Shown here piece by piece: positions 27,546 to 37,635 of a stretch of 64,000 nucleotides of DNA. Origin of the DNA: a candidate division WOR-3 bacterium (GTDB taxonomy: Bacteria > Hydrothermota > Hydrothermia > LBFQ01). The stretch is taken from the NCBI GenBank assembly GCA_039802605.1, contig JBDRWW010000002.1:128001-192000 (forward strand), given 5' to 3'. Under the pieces are notes generated by a model. It saw nothing but the letters and a program-made list of their open reading frames with translations. It made no database searches and was not told the DNA's origin. The stretch's first letter is position 1, and each line of letters opens with the position of its first letter. Position numbers and translations under genes: made by a program.

Positions 27546-30500
27546 GTGTATAAGGAGAGGTATGATTACAAACATATAAAGGAAGAGTTGAAAAAACTGG
27601 GTTGGCAGGAGAATGTTGGGGAAAAGGAGGGCTTGTTTATAGATAATGATTTAAGGCAGATATGCAAAATCAACGGGGTTTATGAGCATTGCGATAAACT
27701 TTTAGATGAGATAAAAAAGGCGTTTGAAAATAGTGATGATAATGGGTTTTTGCTTATGCTTCAAATGGGCTTTAATTCCAAGGTTTTAAACAACAGGGTT
27801 ATAAAACTCATAGATTTTGATGATTGGAGGGAAAACATTTTTAGGTTTTCACAAGAGCATAAGTTTGAGGGCTATCCGAGAAATATAATTCCGGATTTTG
27901 CGCTTTTTATAAACGGGATACCGGTGGTAATAATAGAGGTTAAGAAAACCAGAGGAGAGGATAAAGTTGAAGAGGCCGAGGATCAAATTGAAAGGTATGA
28001 GATGTATTCGCCAAAACTGTTTAAAAGCGTTTTCTTGGGTATAGCATATTCAAAAACAAAGAGATATGCCGCCACATACCCAAACCATACCCAGAAACCT
28101 TTTAATAAACCCTTTCAGGAGTGGAAGGATGAGATAAGCAAAAATTCTAATATATTTGAGATTTTAGAACCCACCAGACTTTTAAGAATCCTCAGGTATT
28201 ATACAATACCTTTAAAAAACGGCACAAGGGTGGTTCCCAGATATATGCAATTTTACGCGGTTGAAAAGGTGGTGAATGAAAGGATTATCCCATATCTAAA
28301 CGGTAATAATTATAAAAATAAAGGCTTGATATGGCACTGGCAGGGAAGCGGAAAGAGTTGGGAAATCGTATTTTTAAGCCGTATATTTTTACAAGATTAC
28401 AGGGAAAAATATACGGATGTTTTTATCGTGGTTGATAGGTTGGAACTGGAAAGCCAAATACTTGATGAATACTTCAATAACATTTATGGCGGAATTATCC
28501 CATACGAGAGAATTGATAATAGGTATAGTTTGAACAGAATTTTACAAAGGTTAAAGGAAAAAGAAGAGGGTAAAAGTATAACGGAATCCAAGGTTTGGAT
28601 TGTCATGCTTCACAAATTTGGAGGAGAAGGAATCGGGAATATTACAGAAATTCGGCGGAAGCACATATTAATACTTAGGGATGAGGTTCATCGCTCCGAA
28701 TACGGCATACTTGCGGATAACCTACACGGCATTTTCCCAAATGCTATAAAGGTAGGTTTCACCGGAACTCCAAACACCAAAAACGATAAAAACACATTTG
28801 AAGCATACTCTTATCCAAATGAAGGGGAATTCTATCTCCACAAATATTTTGTGGGGGATTCAATTGGAGATGGATATACATTACCAATAGTTTGGATGTC
28901 GGTGGAAAACGAGAATATAAAATTACCGGAAGAAAAAACAAGGGAAATCGTTAGGAAAATAATAATCGGGGATATACCCGAAGAATCTTATGAAGAACCC
29001 GCAAACATAACCTTAAAGGATTACCTAACCTCACCCAAAAGAATACAAAAAGCGGCTGATTACATATTACAAAGGATAGAAGAAGATACGGAAAAATTTA
29101 AATTCAAAGCCTTTGTTGTGGCTCAAAACAGGTATGCGGCCGTTATGTTTTGTAGAATGTTAAGGGAAAAACTCGGACATGAAAAGGTAGGAGTGGTATT
29201 TACCGGTTCCGGAAGCGTTAAAGTTGCCGATTGGCAAAGGGAAATAGATGAGTTTATAAATCAAGAGGAAAAAACCAACGGAAAAAAGTGGGATGAGATA
29301 ATAAGGGATAGAAAAAGGAGTTTTAAGGATGAAAACAGTCCGTTAAAGGTTTTAGTGGTTTCGGATATGCTATTACAGGGATACGATGCGCCAATATTAA
29401 AGGTTATGTATATTCATAAGGTTATGAGTGGGCACACACTATTACAGGCCACCGCCCGGGTGAATAGACCGTATAAAGGCAAAAATAAATCCTTTGGTTT
29501 GGTGGTAGATTTAACCGGAATACTTTTAAGTGAATACATTGATACCCTCAGGAATTATGAACTTTACAAAGAGGACATAAGCGAGGACATACTTAAAAAC
29601 CTGTTTATTAGTTCTGACGAAAAGTTTAACGAATTTCTCGGTAGTTTTGAAAACTTAAAAAAGGAGTTAAACGATATATTAGCGCCCATCGGCTATAATT
29701 ACGAAAAACTAAAAAGTGAATGGAATAATTTGGATGAGAAAGAGGTTAAGCGATTGGTATTTTGGATTTTTTCAAATTATTGGGAAATTTTTGCAAACAT
29801 TAAGGAAACTTTAAGGACTTACAAATCCATAGGCGCATATCCCAAAAAGAGGGAATACGCAAGGGATGTAGAATTTTTGGAAGAACTGTTTAATGAATTA
29901 AGAGGCTTACTTAACTCCAAGAAGAGAAGGAGAATAAAAAACTTAAAGTTAGAAATTCTTGAAATACTAGAAACCGAACTCAAACCGGGGGGATTGGCCT
30001 ATATTGATGAAAGCATAGACAAAATCCTAACGCCCAAGTTCCCCGAAAAAATCATAATAGCCAATTTCTTATTAGTGGAAATGGAAAAATATCAAAGGGA
30101 AAAAGTGAAAACTCCGCTTCACTACGAAGTGATTAGAAACCTCAAATCTTTAATAAAAAGGATCCAAACCCTTCAAGAGGAAAACGCCAGACTCATCCTT
30201 GAAATCATTCTATCAAAAAGCGAAAAAAGATTAATAAGTCAATTAAAACAAACCCAAGATAAGAATTTGAGGGGGATTTTAATGCGGATAAGAAACATAT
30301 GGTTTTATGGAAAACTTATTCAAAAGGGAAATATATCCGAAGCGGAAGCCCTTGCATATACTATAGTTAGGAAATTTATAGGGAGAAAAGCCAAAAAAGT
30401 AATGAAAGATTTAATTTTAATATGCGAAAAAATCCATAAAAGGCGGGATAAAGCGGAAAAGATAACCCCAGAAATAAAAAAGCAATTGGAAAGGCTTTTA

Positions 30501-30611
30501 ATAATATCGGGATACAAACAAAATAGAAACGAGATTTTACAAAACATTGAGCAATATATAACTGATTTTTATGGATGGAAAAGCTTTAAGAAAACTCTTG
30601 GAGGAAGTTAA
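27546..30611 (+). CDS. hsdR: Type I R-M restriction endonuclease/translocase subunit
   Basis: IPD..FINGIPVVIIEVK nuclease, QIERY, WHWQGSGKS, DEVHRS, GFTGTP, LLQGYDAP, QATARVNR. Confidence 0.95.
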   Translation: MYKERYDYKHIKEELKKLGWQENVGEKEGLFIDNDLRQICKINGVYEHCDKLLDEIKKAFENSDDNGFLLMLQMGFNSKVLNNRVIKLIDFDDWRENIFRFSQEHKFEGYPRNIIPDFALFINGIPVVIIEVKKTRGEDKVEEAEDQIERYEMYSPKLFKSVFLGIAYSKTKRYAATYPNHTQKPFNKPFQEWKDEISKNSNIFEILEPTRLLRILRYYTIPLKNGTRVVPRYMQFYAVEKVVNERIIPYLNGNNYKNKGLIWHWQGSGKSWEIVFLSRIFLQDYREKYTDVFIVVDRLELESQILDEYFNNIYGGIIPYERIDNRYSLNRILQRLKEKEEGKSITESKVWIVMLHKFGGEGIGNITEIRRKHILILRDEVHRSEYGILADNLHGIFPNAIKVGFTGTPNTKNDKNTFEAYSYPNEGEFYLHKYFVGDSIGDGYTLPIVWMSVENENIKLPEEKTREIVRKIIIGDIPEESYEEPANITLKDYLTSPKRIQKAADYILQRIEEDTEKFKFKAFVVAQNRYAAVMFCRMLREKLGHEKVGVVFTGSGSVKVADWQREIDEFINQEEKTNGKKWDEIIRDRKRSFKDENSPLKVLVVSDMLLQGYDAPILKVMYIHKVMSGHTLLQATARVNRPYKGKNKSFGLVVDLTGILLSEYIDTLRNYELYKEDISEDILKNLFISSDEKFNEFLGSFENLKKELNDILAPIGYNYEKLKSEWNNLDEKEVKRLVFWIFSNYWEIFANIKETLRTYKSIGAYPKKREYARDVEFLEELFNELRGLLNSKKRRRIKNLKLEILEILETELKPGGLAYIDESIDKILTPKFPEKIIIANFLLVEMEKYQREKVKTPLHYEVIRNLKSLIKRIQTLQEENARLILEIILSKSEKRLISQLKQTQDKNLRGILMRIRNIWFYGKLIQKGNISEAEALAYTIVRKFIGRKAKKVMKDLILICEKIHKRRDKAEKITPEIKKQLERLLIISGYKQNRNEILQNIEQYITDFYGWKSFKKTLGGS

Positions 30612-30894
30612 GGAAAAACTGGGATTAAAGGATAAGGTTTATTTGAGGGTAAAACCTTTAAAAAGATCAATAGCAATTATATCGCTTAAAACCAAGAGAA
30701 TAACGATAAACAAAAACATATTGAACATATTCACAAAGGACGAAATAAAATACATCTTGGCGCACGAACTATTACACCTCAAATACGGGAAAACCCACAC
30801 CTTGGAGATGGATCGGGAACTTGAAAACCTCTTTGGAAAAGATGTAAAACCGTCAATATTAAAGAAAATCAAATCGTTAATCCAATCCTCTTAG
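30571..30894 (+). CDS. Small HEXXH metallopeptidase-like protein (M48/YgjP-type, R-M associated)
   Basis: ITIN...EIKYILAHELLHLKY..H; overlaps hsdR 3' end. Confidence 0.8.
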   Translation: MDGKALRKLLEEVKEKLGLKDKVYLRVKPLKRSIAIISLKTKRITINKNILNIFTKDEIKYILAHELLHLKYGKTHTLEMDRELENLFGKDVKPSILKKIKSLIQSS

Positions 30895-32188
30895 AAAAAT
30901 CCGAATATATCAAACCCTGAGGATCATACTTAGCCCTTATTTCCATCCACCTCTTTGCGTTTGGATACATATCAAAAAACCTTTCCTTGGTTAAAACCGC
31001 ATCCTTTGTTAAATAAACCCTTCCCCCAAACTTTATTACCTTATCCGTTAAAGCCTTTAAAAATTCAAACAAACCACCCCTTATCGGGAAATCAAGGGCA
31101 AGGGTCCAACCCTCCATACCAAAGGCCAAATAACCATCCTGCTTACCCATCTTCTTTAAAACCGCCAAAAAGGAATTCCCTCCAAAGCCCACAATATCGG
31201 AGAATATTTCCTTTAAACCCGCATCGTCGGGGACGACAAACTGAAATTGGACAAAACCCCTCTTCCCATAAGCCCTATTCCAATTTAAAACGGAATCCAA
31301 GGGATAAAAAAACCTTTCGTAATCAACAACCCCCCAACAATCCGGATGGGTTAAGTAATAAAACTGGTTAAAAGCCTTTACCGTCCAATCGCTTAAAACA
31401 AAGTCCGGAAGATAAAAGGGTACATTTATCTTAGTCTTACCCAAAAACATTAAAGGATTGCTTTTTAAATCTTTGGGTAAATCCGAGAGTTTTGCATGCT
31501 CGCCAAACATAACAACACCCCTACCAAAGTTTTTACCCCTTGAAAGGCAGTCTATCCAAGCAACGGAATATGTGTATTTTGGATCGTTTTCCTCAAAGGT
31601 TGCCAACATATGGTCTAAATCCTTAACCCTAACACTCCTATAAAGGATATAAGAGGTTTCAACCCTTCTGAGTTTTATTTTTGCATCCAATATAAAACCC
31701 GTTAAACCCATACCCCCAAGGGTAATGTAAAACAATTCGGCATTTTCGTCCCTAGTGCAATAAACCCTTTCCCCACTCGGAATGATTAGATTAAAACCCA
31801 AAACATAGTTTGATATTGAACCCTCCTTGTGGTGGTTTTTCCCATGTACATCGCTCGCAATCGCGCCACCTATGCTAACAAACTTTGTGCCGGGTGTTAT
31901 GTAGGGAAACCAACCCCTTGGTAAAAAGTATCTCAGAATATCCTCAAATGTAGCACCGGACTCAACCCATAGTATTCCGTTTTCCTCATCAAAATCCAAA
32001 AATCTGTTCAAGTATCCACTCTTAATCACAAAATCCGATAAAGACTGATCCGCATAACTTCTACCCATCCCCCTAGGAATACTACCCTTGAAAAATTCAA
32101 AATTATTAATTGCAAATGGATAAAGAACCTTACAATTCCTTACCGGATAATTACCCCAACCGCTCAACCTTTCTATTTGTACCTGCAT
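30869..32188 (-). CDS. FAD-binding oxidoreductase (DprE1-like)
   Basis: RGMGRSYAD, PGTKFVSIGGAIASDVHGKNHH, SFLAVLK, GRVYLTKD. Confidence 0.88.
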   Translation of the reverse strand: MQVQIERLSGWGNYPVRNCKVLYPFAINNFEFFKGSIPRGMGRSYADQSLSDFVIKSGYLNRFLDFDEENGILWVESGATFEDILRYFLPRGWFPYITPGTKFVSIGGAIASDVHGKNHHKEGSISNYVLGFNLIIPSGERVYCTRDENAELFYITLGGMGLTGFILDAKIKLRRVETSYILYRSVRVKDLDHMLATFEENDPKYTYSVAWIDCLSRGKNFGRGVVMFGEHAKLSDLPKDLKSNPLMFLGKTKINVPFYLPDFVLSDWTVKAFNQFYYLTHPDCWGVVDYERFFYPLDSVLNWNRAYGKRGFVQFQFVVPDDAGLKEIFSDIVGFGGNSFLAVLKKMGKQDGYLAFGMEGWTLALDFPIRGGLFEFLKALTDKVIKFGGRVYLTKDAVLTKERFFDMYPNAKRWMEIRAKYDPQGLIYSDFSKRIGLTI

Positions 32189-33299
32189 TCCCCAGTTTTA
32201 TAAGATTTTTCGGGGTTTATGGAAAACAAAAACGATGCTATCAAGGCCTGTAATGATAGTATTAACCAAGCACCCCTGTTAAAGTTTTCAAATAAAAGGC
32301 CACCCCAACTGGGTCCCAAAGAATAACCCATACCCTGGAAGGTACTCCAAAAACCCATATAAGCCCCCAATTCTCCCTCGGGTGCCCTATTGGATGCGGA
32401 GGCCATAATAACCGGAAAAACGAACATCTCACCTAGTGTTATGAAAACTACGGCAAAGATTAAATGCGTATAGTTTTGTGAAAGGAATAGGACAATATAC
32501 CCCAAAGCAAACAATATTCCACCGCTTACAACCGAAAGGGTATAACCCAGTTTTTCCAATAGCTTTGTTATAGGGAGTTGGAAAAGGATTATTAAAAGCC
32601 CGTTTAAACTGAAAAGATAGGCAACCATATGCTTTGGTATATCCAAATCTTTTACGGCAAACAAACTGAAATTACTCGTAAGTTGGGAGGATAGGGTAAA
32701 TACCAAAACGGAAGTTATGGAGAAACCGATGAAGGAGTAATCGGGAAAAACCATTTTAAAACTCCTAAGTCCCGTATGCCTTTTAATCTCCTTTAAAAAC
32801 AAAGTGAAGATTATTGCAAGGAAAATTCCTATGGATGATGCCAAGAATAGATATACATAAATGTACCGATTGCCCAACCGCCGTTTATCGCAATCCTCAC
32901 CAAACTGAAAACCCTAACCCTATCATCCGAAATATCGGCAACATAGGAATCGGCCACGGGTAAAAATAAGGAAAATCCAAGGGATGTTAAGAATGTGGCC
33001 ATAAAAATATAAGGCAAGGGGAAGTTTAAAGATACAAAAATCGCAAGGAATACTAGCATCAAAAAACGAAAGGAAAGTATGAACCTCAGGAGGATAACCC
33101 TGTCCATTATATCTGCGAGATTTCCCATAAAAATCCTTAAAAATGTAGCCACAAACACAGCAGAGGTTATAAAAATACCTATGTTTAGTACCGAAAGGCC
33201 CCTATCGTTCAAGTATAGTGGTATAAAGGGCCAAGATAAGGAAAAGCTAACCGATAACAAAAACCGTATAAATGTTATAGCATAGAGTTCCCTTTTCAA
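32173..33299 (-). pseudogene. MFS transporter split by a frameshift near 32865
   Basis: N-half (33299-32829; GNLADIMDR motif A, ...INGGWAIG) continues in another frame (YIYVYLFLASS...; 32877-32173). Confidence 0.7.
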
Positions 33300-33306
33300 C
33301 TTTTAT

Positions 33307-33852
33307 TTATTGAGCGTAGGCCCTTACTACCCTATCAACCTCCTCGGGGGTACGCATAGCGCCCACATGCCTTTTGCCGTTTATAAAGAATGTTGGGGTT
33401 CCCCTAACCCCCACTTTAAAGCCCAACATTAGGTCGCTTTCCACCCTCTTTTTACCGTCATCGTTATTAACGCATTCCTTAATCTCCTTAACAACCTTTT
33501 TATCCATACCCGAGAGCCAATCCCAACTGAAAGGTTCCCTTGAGCCGTGTTCCTCTATAATGTGCATAACATCCGGGAAATATTCGTTTGGGGTACAGGC
33601 CAGAATCTCGGCCTTTCTATAAGCGTTCGGGTGGATTTGAACTAGGGGGAATAGCCTTATATAAAGGGCAACATCCGGCCTACTTTTCGCGTATTCAATA
33701 ATATTGCTATGTGTCATACGGCAGTACGGACAATCCGGATCCGTAAACATAACTATTTTTATGGGGGCATCCTCAACCCCTATTATGGGCTTTATACCCT
33801 CGGTTAGTTTTTGTACATCCGCATCACCTTGTGCGAGTAAAAGTATTATCAT
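33307..33852 (-). CDS. DsbA/DsbC-family thioredoxin-fold protein
   Basis: FTDPDCPYC, GVRGTPTFFING. Confidence 0.9.
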   Translation of the reverse strand: MIILLLAQGDADVQKLTEGIKPIIGVEDAPIKIVMFTDPDCPYCRMTHSNIIEYAKSRPDVALYIRLFPLVQIHPNAYRKAEILACTPNEYFPDVMHIIEEHGSREPFSWDWLSGMDKKVVKEIKECVNNDDGKKRVESDLMLGFKVGVRGTPTFFINGKRHVGAMRTPEEVDRVVRAYAQ

Positions 33853-34685
33853 GGTTGTGTTGGTATTCTAAGGCTGAAATGAAAGGTATATATGGGGCTT
33901 TTGGTTTTGTGCTTAAATTCTTCAACCGTTTCAAAGCCCAAGGATAGCATGAGTTCCTTAATTTCGTTTTCAAGATTCCAACCGTGGGTTTGGATATACC
34001 ACTCCGGTATTTCCCTTATTAACTTAGGGTTTGCTTTTAAAAGAAATCTCTCGCAACCTTCACAATTAAACTTAACCAAATCGGGTTTTAATTTCAATAC
34101 TTCGTCTATATGTTTAACCTTAATTTTTGTCCTCTTTTTTCCACCAGTTCTCCCAAAATCCGCCCCAAACTCTTCATATTCTACCTCAACAAAACCATCA
34201 ACATCCCCTATCCCAAATTCATATATTTCCACCTTATCCGAAACACCGTTTATTCTAAGGTTTTCTCTAATTACCTCAACATTTTCCGGTATAGGCTCAA
34301 CTACAAAAACCTCTTTGGCCCCCTTTGATAGAAAAAATAAAGCGCTTTCGCCTAAAAAACCCCCCACATCCAATACGGTTTTCCCACTTATATTTTTTAT
34401 CTTCCAATAAGGGGAGGATTTGTCAAGAACCGCGGGCATCCATTTCAACTTATTCCTCGGGACGAAAAGTTTATAACCGTAAAAGTCGAATAAAAACCCT
34501 TCATCCTTTTGCCCCAAAATCCAATGACCCGAATCTATTAACGACACTATCCTCTTATACTCATAAAAATCAACGGAAACCTCCGCATCGTTGATAAACT
34601 TAATTTTTATGGCTTTATTACGAAAAAACCTTAAAAGTATTAATTTTGGTATTTCGTGGGGTTTTACGCGATTTACCCTTCCCAA
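33849..34685 (-). CDS. FkbM-family SAM methyltransferase
   Basis: VLDVGGFLGESA, VEP, VKFNCEGCE. Confidence 0.85.
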   Translation of the reverse strand: MGRVNRVKPHEIPKLILLRFFRNKAIKIKFINDAEVSVDFYEYKRIVSLIDSGHWILGQKDEGFLFDFYGYKLFVPRNKLKWMPAVLDKSSPYWKIKNISGKTVLDVGGFLGESALFFLSKGAKEVFVVEPIPENVEVIRENLRINGVSDKVEIYEFGIGDVDGFVEVEYEEFGADFGRTGGKKRTKIKVKHIDEVLKLKPDLVKFNCEGCERFLLKANPKLIREIPEWYIQTHGWNLENEIKELMLSLGFETVEEFKHKTKSPIYTFHFSLRIPTQP

Positions 34686-36151
34686 GTGTCTATTTGTGCC
34701 CTCTGTAGCCTTCCGGAGTAGTCTATATACACTGTCTTCAATTCCGTAAATATTTCAAAAGCCGTCCAACCGCCTTCCCTGTGGCCGTTTCCGGTTTGCT
34801 TAACGCCTCCGAAGGGTAAATGCGTTTCCGCACCAATAGTTGGGGCATTTATATATGTTATACCCGCCTCAAGGAGTTCAATGGCTTCCATAGCCTCCCT
34901 TATGTCGTTTGTGTATATTGAAGATGAAAGGCCGTATTTGGTGTTGTTTGCCAACTCTATCGCCTCCTCAAAAGATTTAACCTTAAATACGCATAGAACC
35001 GGTCCAAAAATCTCCTCCTGGGCTATCCTACTGTTCGGATCCACATCAACGAATATAGTGGGTTCAAAGAAATAACCTTCCCTATCAATCCTCTTCCCAC
35101 CGTAAACCAACTTTGCACCGCTTTCAATCCCATACCTAACATAAAGTTCCACCTTCTTTAAAGCCCCTTCGTTTATTAAAGGCCCCATGTTCGTATCTTC
35201 AAGTAAGGGGTTATCAACCTTTAAGGTTTTAACCTTTTCAAGGAGCATATCCATAAACTTATCGTAAATAGCCTCGTGCAGTATAAGCCTGCTCGTGGCG
35301 GTACATCTCTGCCCCGTGGTCCCAAACGCCCCCCAAAGGACTCCATCCACTGCGAGTTCAAGGTTGGCCGAGGGCATTACGATTATGGGGTTTTTACCCC
35401 CCATTTCAAGGGCAACCTTTTTATATGTCCTCCCCGCTATCTCCGCAATTCTAGCACCCACCACACTTGAACCCGTAAAGGAAACCACCCTAACATCCGG
35501 ATGGGCCGCCAAAATTTCCCCAACGCTTTCACCACCTCCGGTTACAACATTCACAACACCTTCCGGAATTCCCGCCTCTTCAAGGGCCTTTACGAATTCC
35601 AAACCGGAAGCGGGGGCATCGGACGCGGGTTTAAAAACAACGGTGTTTCCAGATACAAGGGCGGGGAATAACTTCCAAGAGGGTATAGCCATTGGGAAGT
35701 TCCATGGGGTTATGGCGGCAACCACACCAACAGGTCTCCTTATCACATACGCCGCCTTATTTGGCAGCTCGCTTGTAGTCGTATATGCGAAAAGCCTCCT
35801 ACCCTCTCCAAAGGCGTAAAAACCCGTGTCTATCGCTTCCTGAACATCGCCCCTAGCCTCTTTAATCGGCTTCCCCATTTCCCTCGTCATCAAACGGGCC
35901 AATTCCTCTTTCTTTGACAAGAGTATTTCCGTGGCTTTTCTTATGATCTCCGCCCTTTTTGGGGCCGGAACCCTTGACCAGTGTTTAAAGGCCCTTTTTG
36001 CGGCCTCAACGGCCTCGTTAACATCTTCCGCCGTAGATAGGGGATGAACCGAAACGACTTCCGAAGGTTTAGCGGGATTCCTATTTTCAAAGAACTTACC
36101 GCTTTTTGAAGGCACCCATTTCCCGTTTATGTAATTCTTGTACTCCATCAT
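34673..36151 (-). CDS. Aldehyde dehydrogenase family protein
   Basis: ITPWNFP, FTGS, LEMGGKN, GQRCTA, EEIFGP. Confidence 0.95.
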   Translation of the reverse strand: MMEYKNYINGKWVPSKSGKFFENRNPAKPSEVVSVHPLSTAEDVNEAVEAAKRAFKHWSRVPAPKRAEIIRKATEILLSKKEELARLMTREMGKPIKEARGDVQEAIDTGFYAFGEGRRLFAYTTTSELPNKAAYVIRRPVGVVAAITPWNFPMAIPSWKLFPALVSGNTVVFKPASDAPASGLEFVKALEEAGIPEGVVNVVTGGGESVGEILAAHPDVRVVSFTGSSVVGARIAEIAGRTYKKVALEMGGKNPIIVMPSANLELAVDGVLWGAFGTTGQRCTATSRLILHEAIYDKFMDMLLEKVKTLKVDNPLLEDTNMGPLINEGALKKVELYVRYGIESGAKLVYGGKRIDREGYFFEPTIFVDVDPNSRIAQEEIFGPVLCVFKVKSFEEAIELANNTKYGLSSSIYTNDIREAMEAIELLEAGITYINAPTIGAETHLPFGGVKQTGNGHREGGWTAFEIFTELKTVYIDYSGRLQRAQIDTWEG

Positions 36152-36215
36152 ATACGGTTATTCTACATCCGATAAAAATTTTATCCCGCATTGAACGGGA
36201 ATATAATTCCCAATT

Positions 36216-37109
36216 ATGTTATCGGCACCGGTACTGATATTGAAGTCTTTTTCCTTTTATTCGGACAGCGTTGAAATGGTTTTAAAATCCCAGTTGCAGG
36301 GAATGGCCCAAGTTTTTGATTGGAAGAAAAGCGCAAAGGGTTCCCCGGAAGATTTTTATAAAAATCTGTGGGAAAAAACAAAGGATAAGTATTTGGCGGT
36401 TGTTGTCCTTGGAGATGAGCCTTTACAATTCGCAATGAAATACATAAAGGAAAAACCCGTGATATATGTATATAACTATCACCAAATGGATACGCTTTTT
36501 GTTCCTAAAAACTTCATAGGGGTCTTTGGTGCAATCTCGCCGGTTTTACATTTGGAAAAGATGATATGTGCCTTTGAAGAGGGGAAGATCTTGGGAATTT
36601 TAATATATAGAAACGAATGGGAGGTTTTAAGGGATGTTTTTGAAAAGGCTCCAAATGTATCCGGTAAAAATCCCATAAACGAAATACACATAAGGCTGAT
36701 AGATTACCCAACGCAAATACAAACGGCATTAAAGGATTTGAAGGACTTTGGTGTTAAAGTGGTATGGATACCCCCAACATCTTTATTAAACTTCGGGAAA
36801 TATTCGGAGGAAATAGCGGATTATTCTAAAAAGTTTAAAGTTGGGGTATCCTCTTATGATGTGTCAAATGTTCGCGTGTGGTCGGTATATGCGTGGCAAC
36901 CCTCACCCTCGGATATGGGAAGTTTAATACTTGAAACCCTATACGAAATTGATAAAGTTTTAAAAGAAAGGGAAAACCCTACATTTCCCAAGGTAAAGGT
37001 GCATTATATATTTTCGGTCTCATCGGGTATTCCAGCATTAAACAAAACCCTTGCAAACAAATTAAAGTTGAAAGTATCGGAGTCGTGCTATTTTAAGCAG
37101 GTTTATTAA
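36216..37109 (+). CDS. Putative ABC substrate-binding-type (periplasmic binding fold) protein
   Basis: VVVLGDEPL..KPVIY, IGVF, VVWIP pattern; TATAAT 8 nt upstream; no clear signal peptide. Confidence 0.45.
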   Translation: MLSAPVLILKSFSFYSDSVEMVLKSQLQGMAQVFDWKKSAKGSPEDFYKNLWEKTKDKYLAVVVLGDEPLQFAMKYIKEKPVIYVYNYHQMDTLFVPKNFIGVFGAISPVLHLEKMICAFEEGKILGILIYRNEWEVLRDVFEKAPNVSGKNPINEIHIRLIDYPTQIQTALKDLKDFGVKVVWIPPTSLLNFGKYSEEIADYSKKFKVGVSSYDVSNVRVWSVYAWQPSPSDMGSLILETLYEIDKVLKERENPTFPKVKVHYIFSVSSGIPALNKTLANKLKLKVSESCYFKQVY

Positions 37110-37635
37110 TCAGTTCCTCTAAGGTTTTGGCAAAGGCGTTATATGCGCTTTCCGAAAACAGCACAAACCTTACGAGTTTAACATTTTTCAGGGTGGGAAG
37201 GGTGTTTAAAACTGTTGATAGGGTTATTTTTGCGGCTTCATCCATCGGATAACCAAAGGCACCCGTGGAAATTGCGGGAAATCCTATAGATACTATTCCC
37301 TTTTCATCGGCCAACCTTAGAGCGTTTTCATAGGTTTTTGAAAGGAGTTTATCGGATGGCATATCAACCCCATAAACAGGACCAAGGCAATGTATGACAT
37401 ACTTATTGGGTAGATTGTACGCACCCGTTATAACACATTCCGAAACCTTTATTGGGGCATATTTTTTACACTCTTCGTACAGTTGGGGACCGGCAGCCCT
37501 GTGAATTGCACCCGCAACACCACCCCCAGGGGCGAGTTGGGCGTTTGCGGCATTCACCACGGCTTCAAGGTCGTCTTGTTTTGTTATATCCCCCTTTACT
37601 ATTTCCAAAACCTTCCCGTTTATTTCCACTTTCAT
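37093..37635 (-). CDS. Macrodomain protein (ADP-ribose binding/hydrolase, YmdB-like)
   Basis: GDIT, VNAAN, GGGVAGAIH, PAISTGAFGYP. Confidence 0.93.
   Translation of the reverse strand: MKVEINGKVLEIVKGDITKQDDLEAVVNAANAQLAPGGGVAGAIHRAAGPQLYEECKKYAPIKVSECVITGAYNLPNKYVIHCLGPVYGVDMPSDKLLSKTYENALRLADEKGIVSIGFPAISTGAFGYPMDEAAKITLSTVLNTLPTLKNVKLVRFVLFSESAYNAFAKTLEELINKPA

Noticed and set aside
22245..30900. Defence cassette as an autonomous mobile element
   Set aside because: No integrase, transposase, tRNA target or flanking direct repeats seen by eye.
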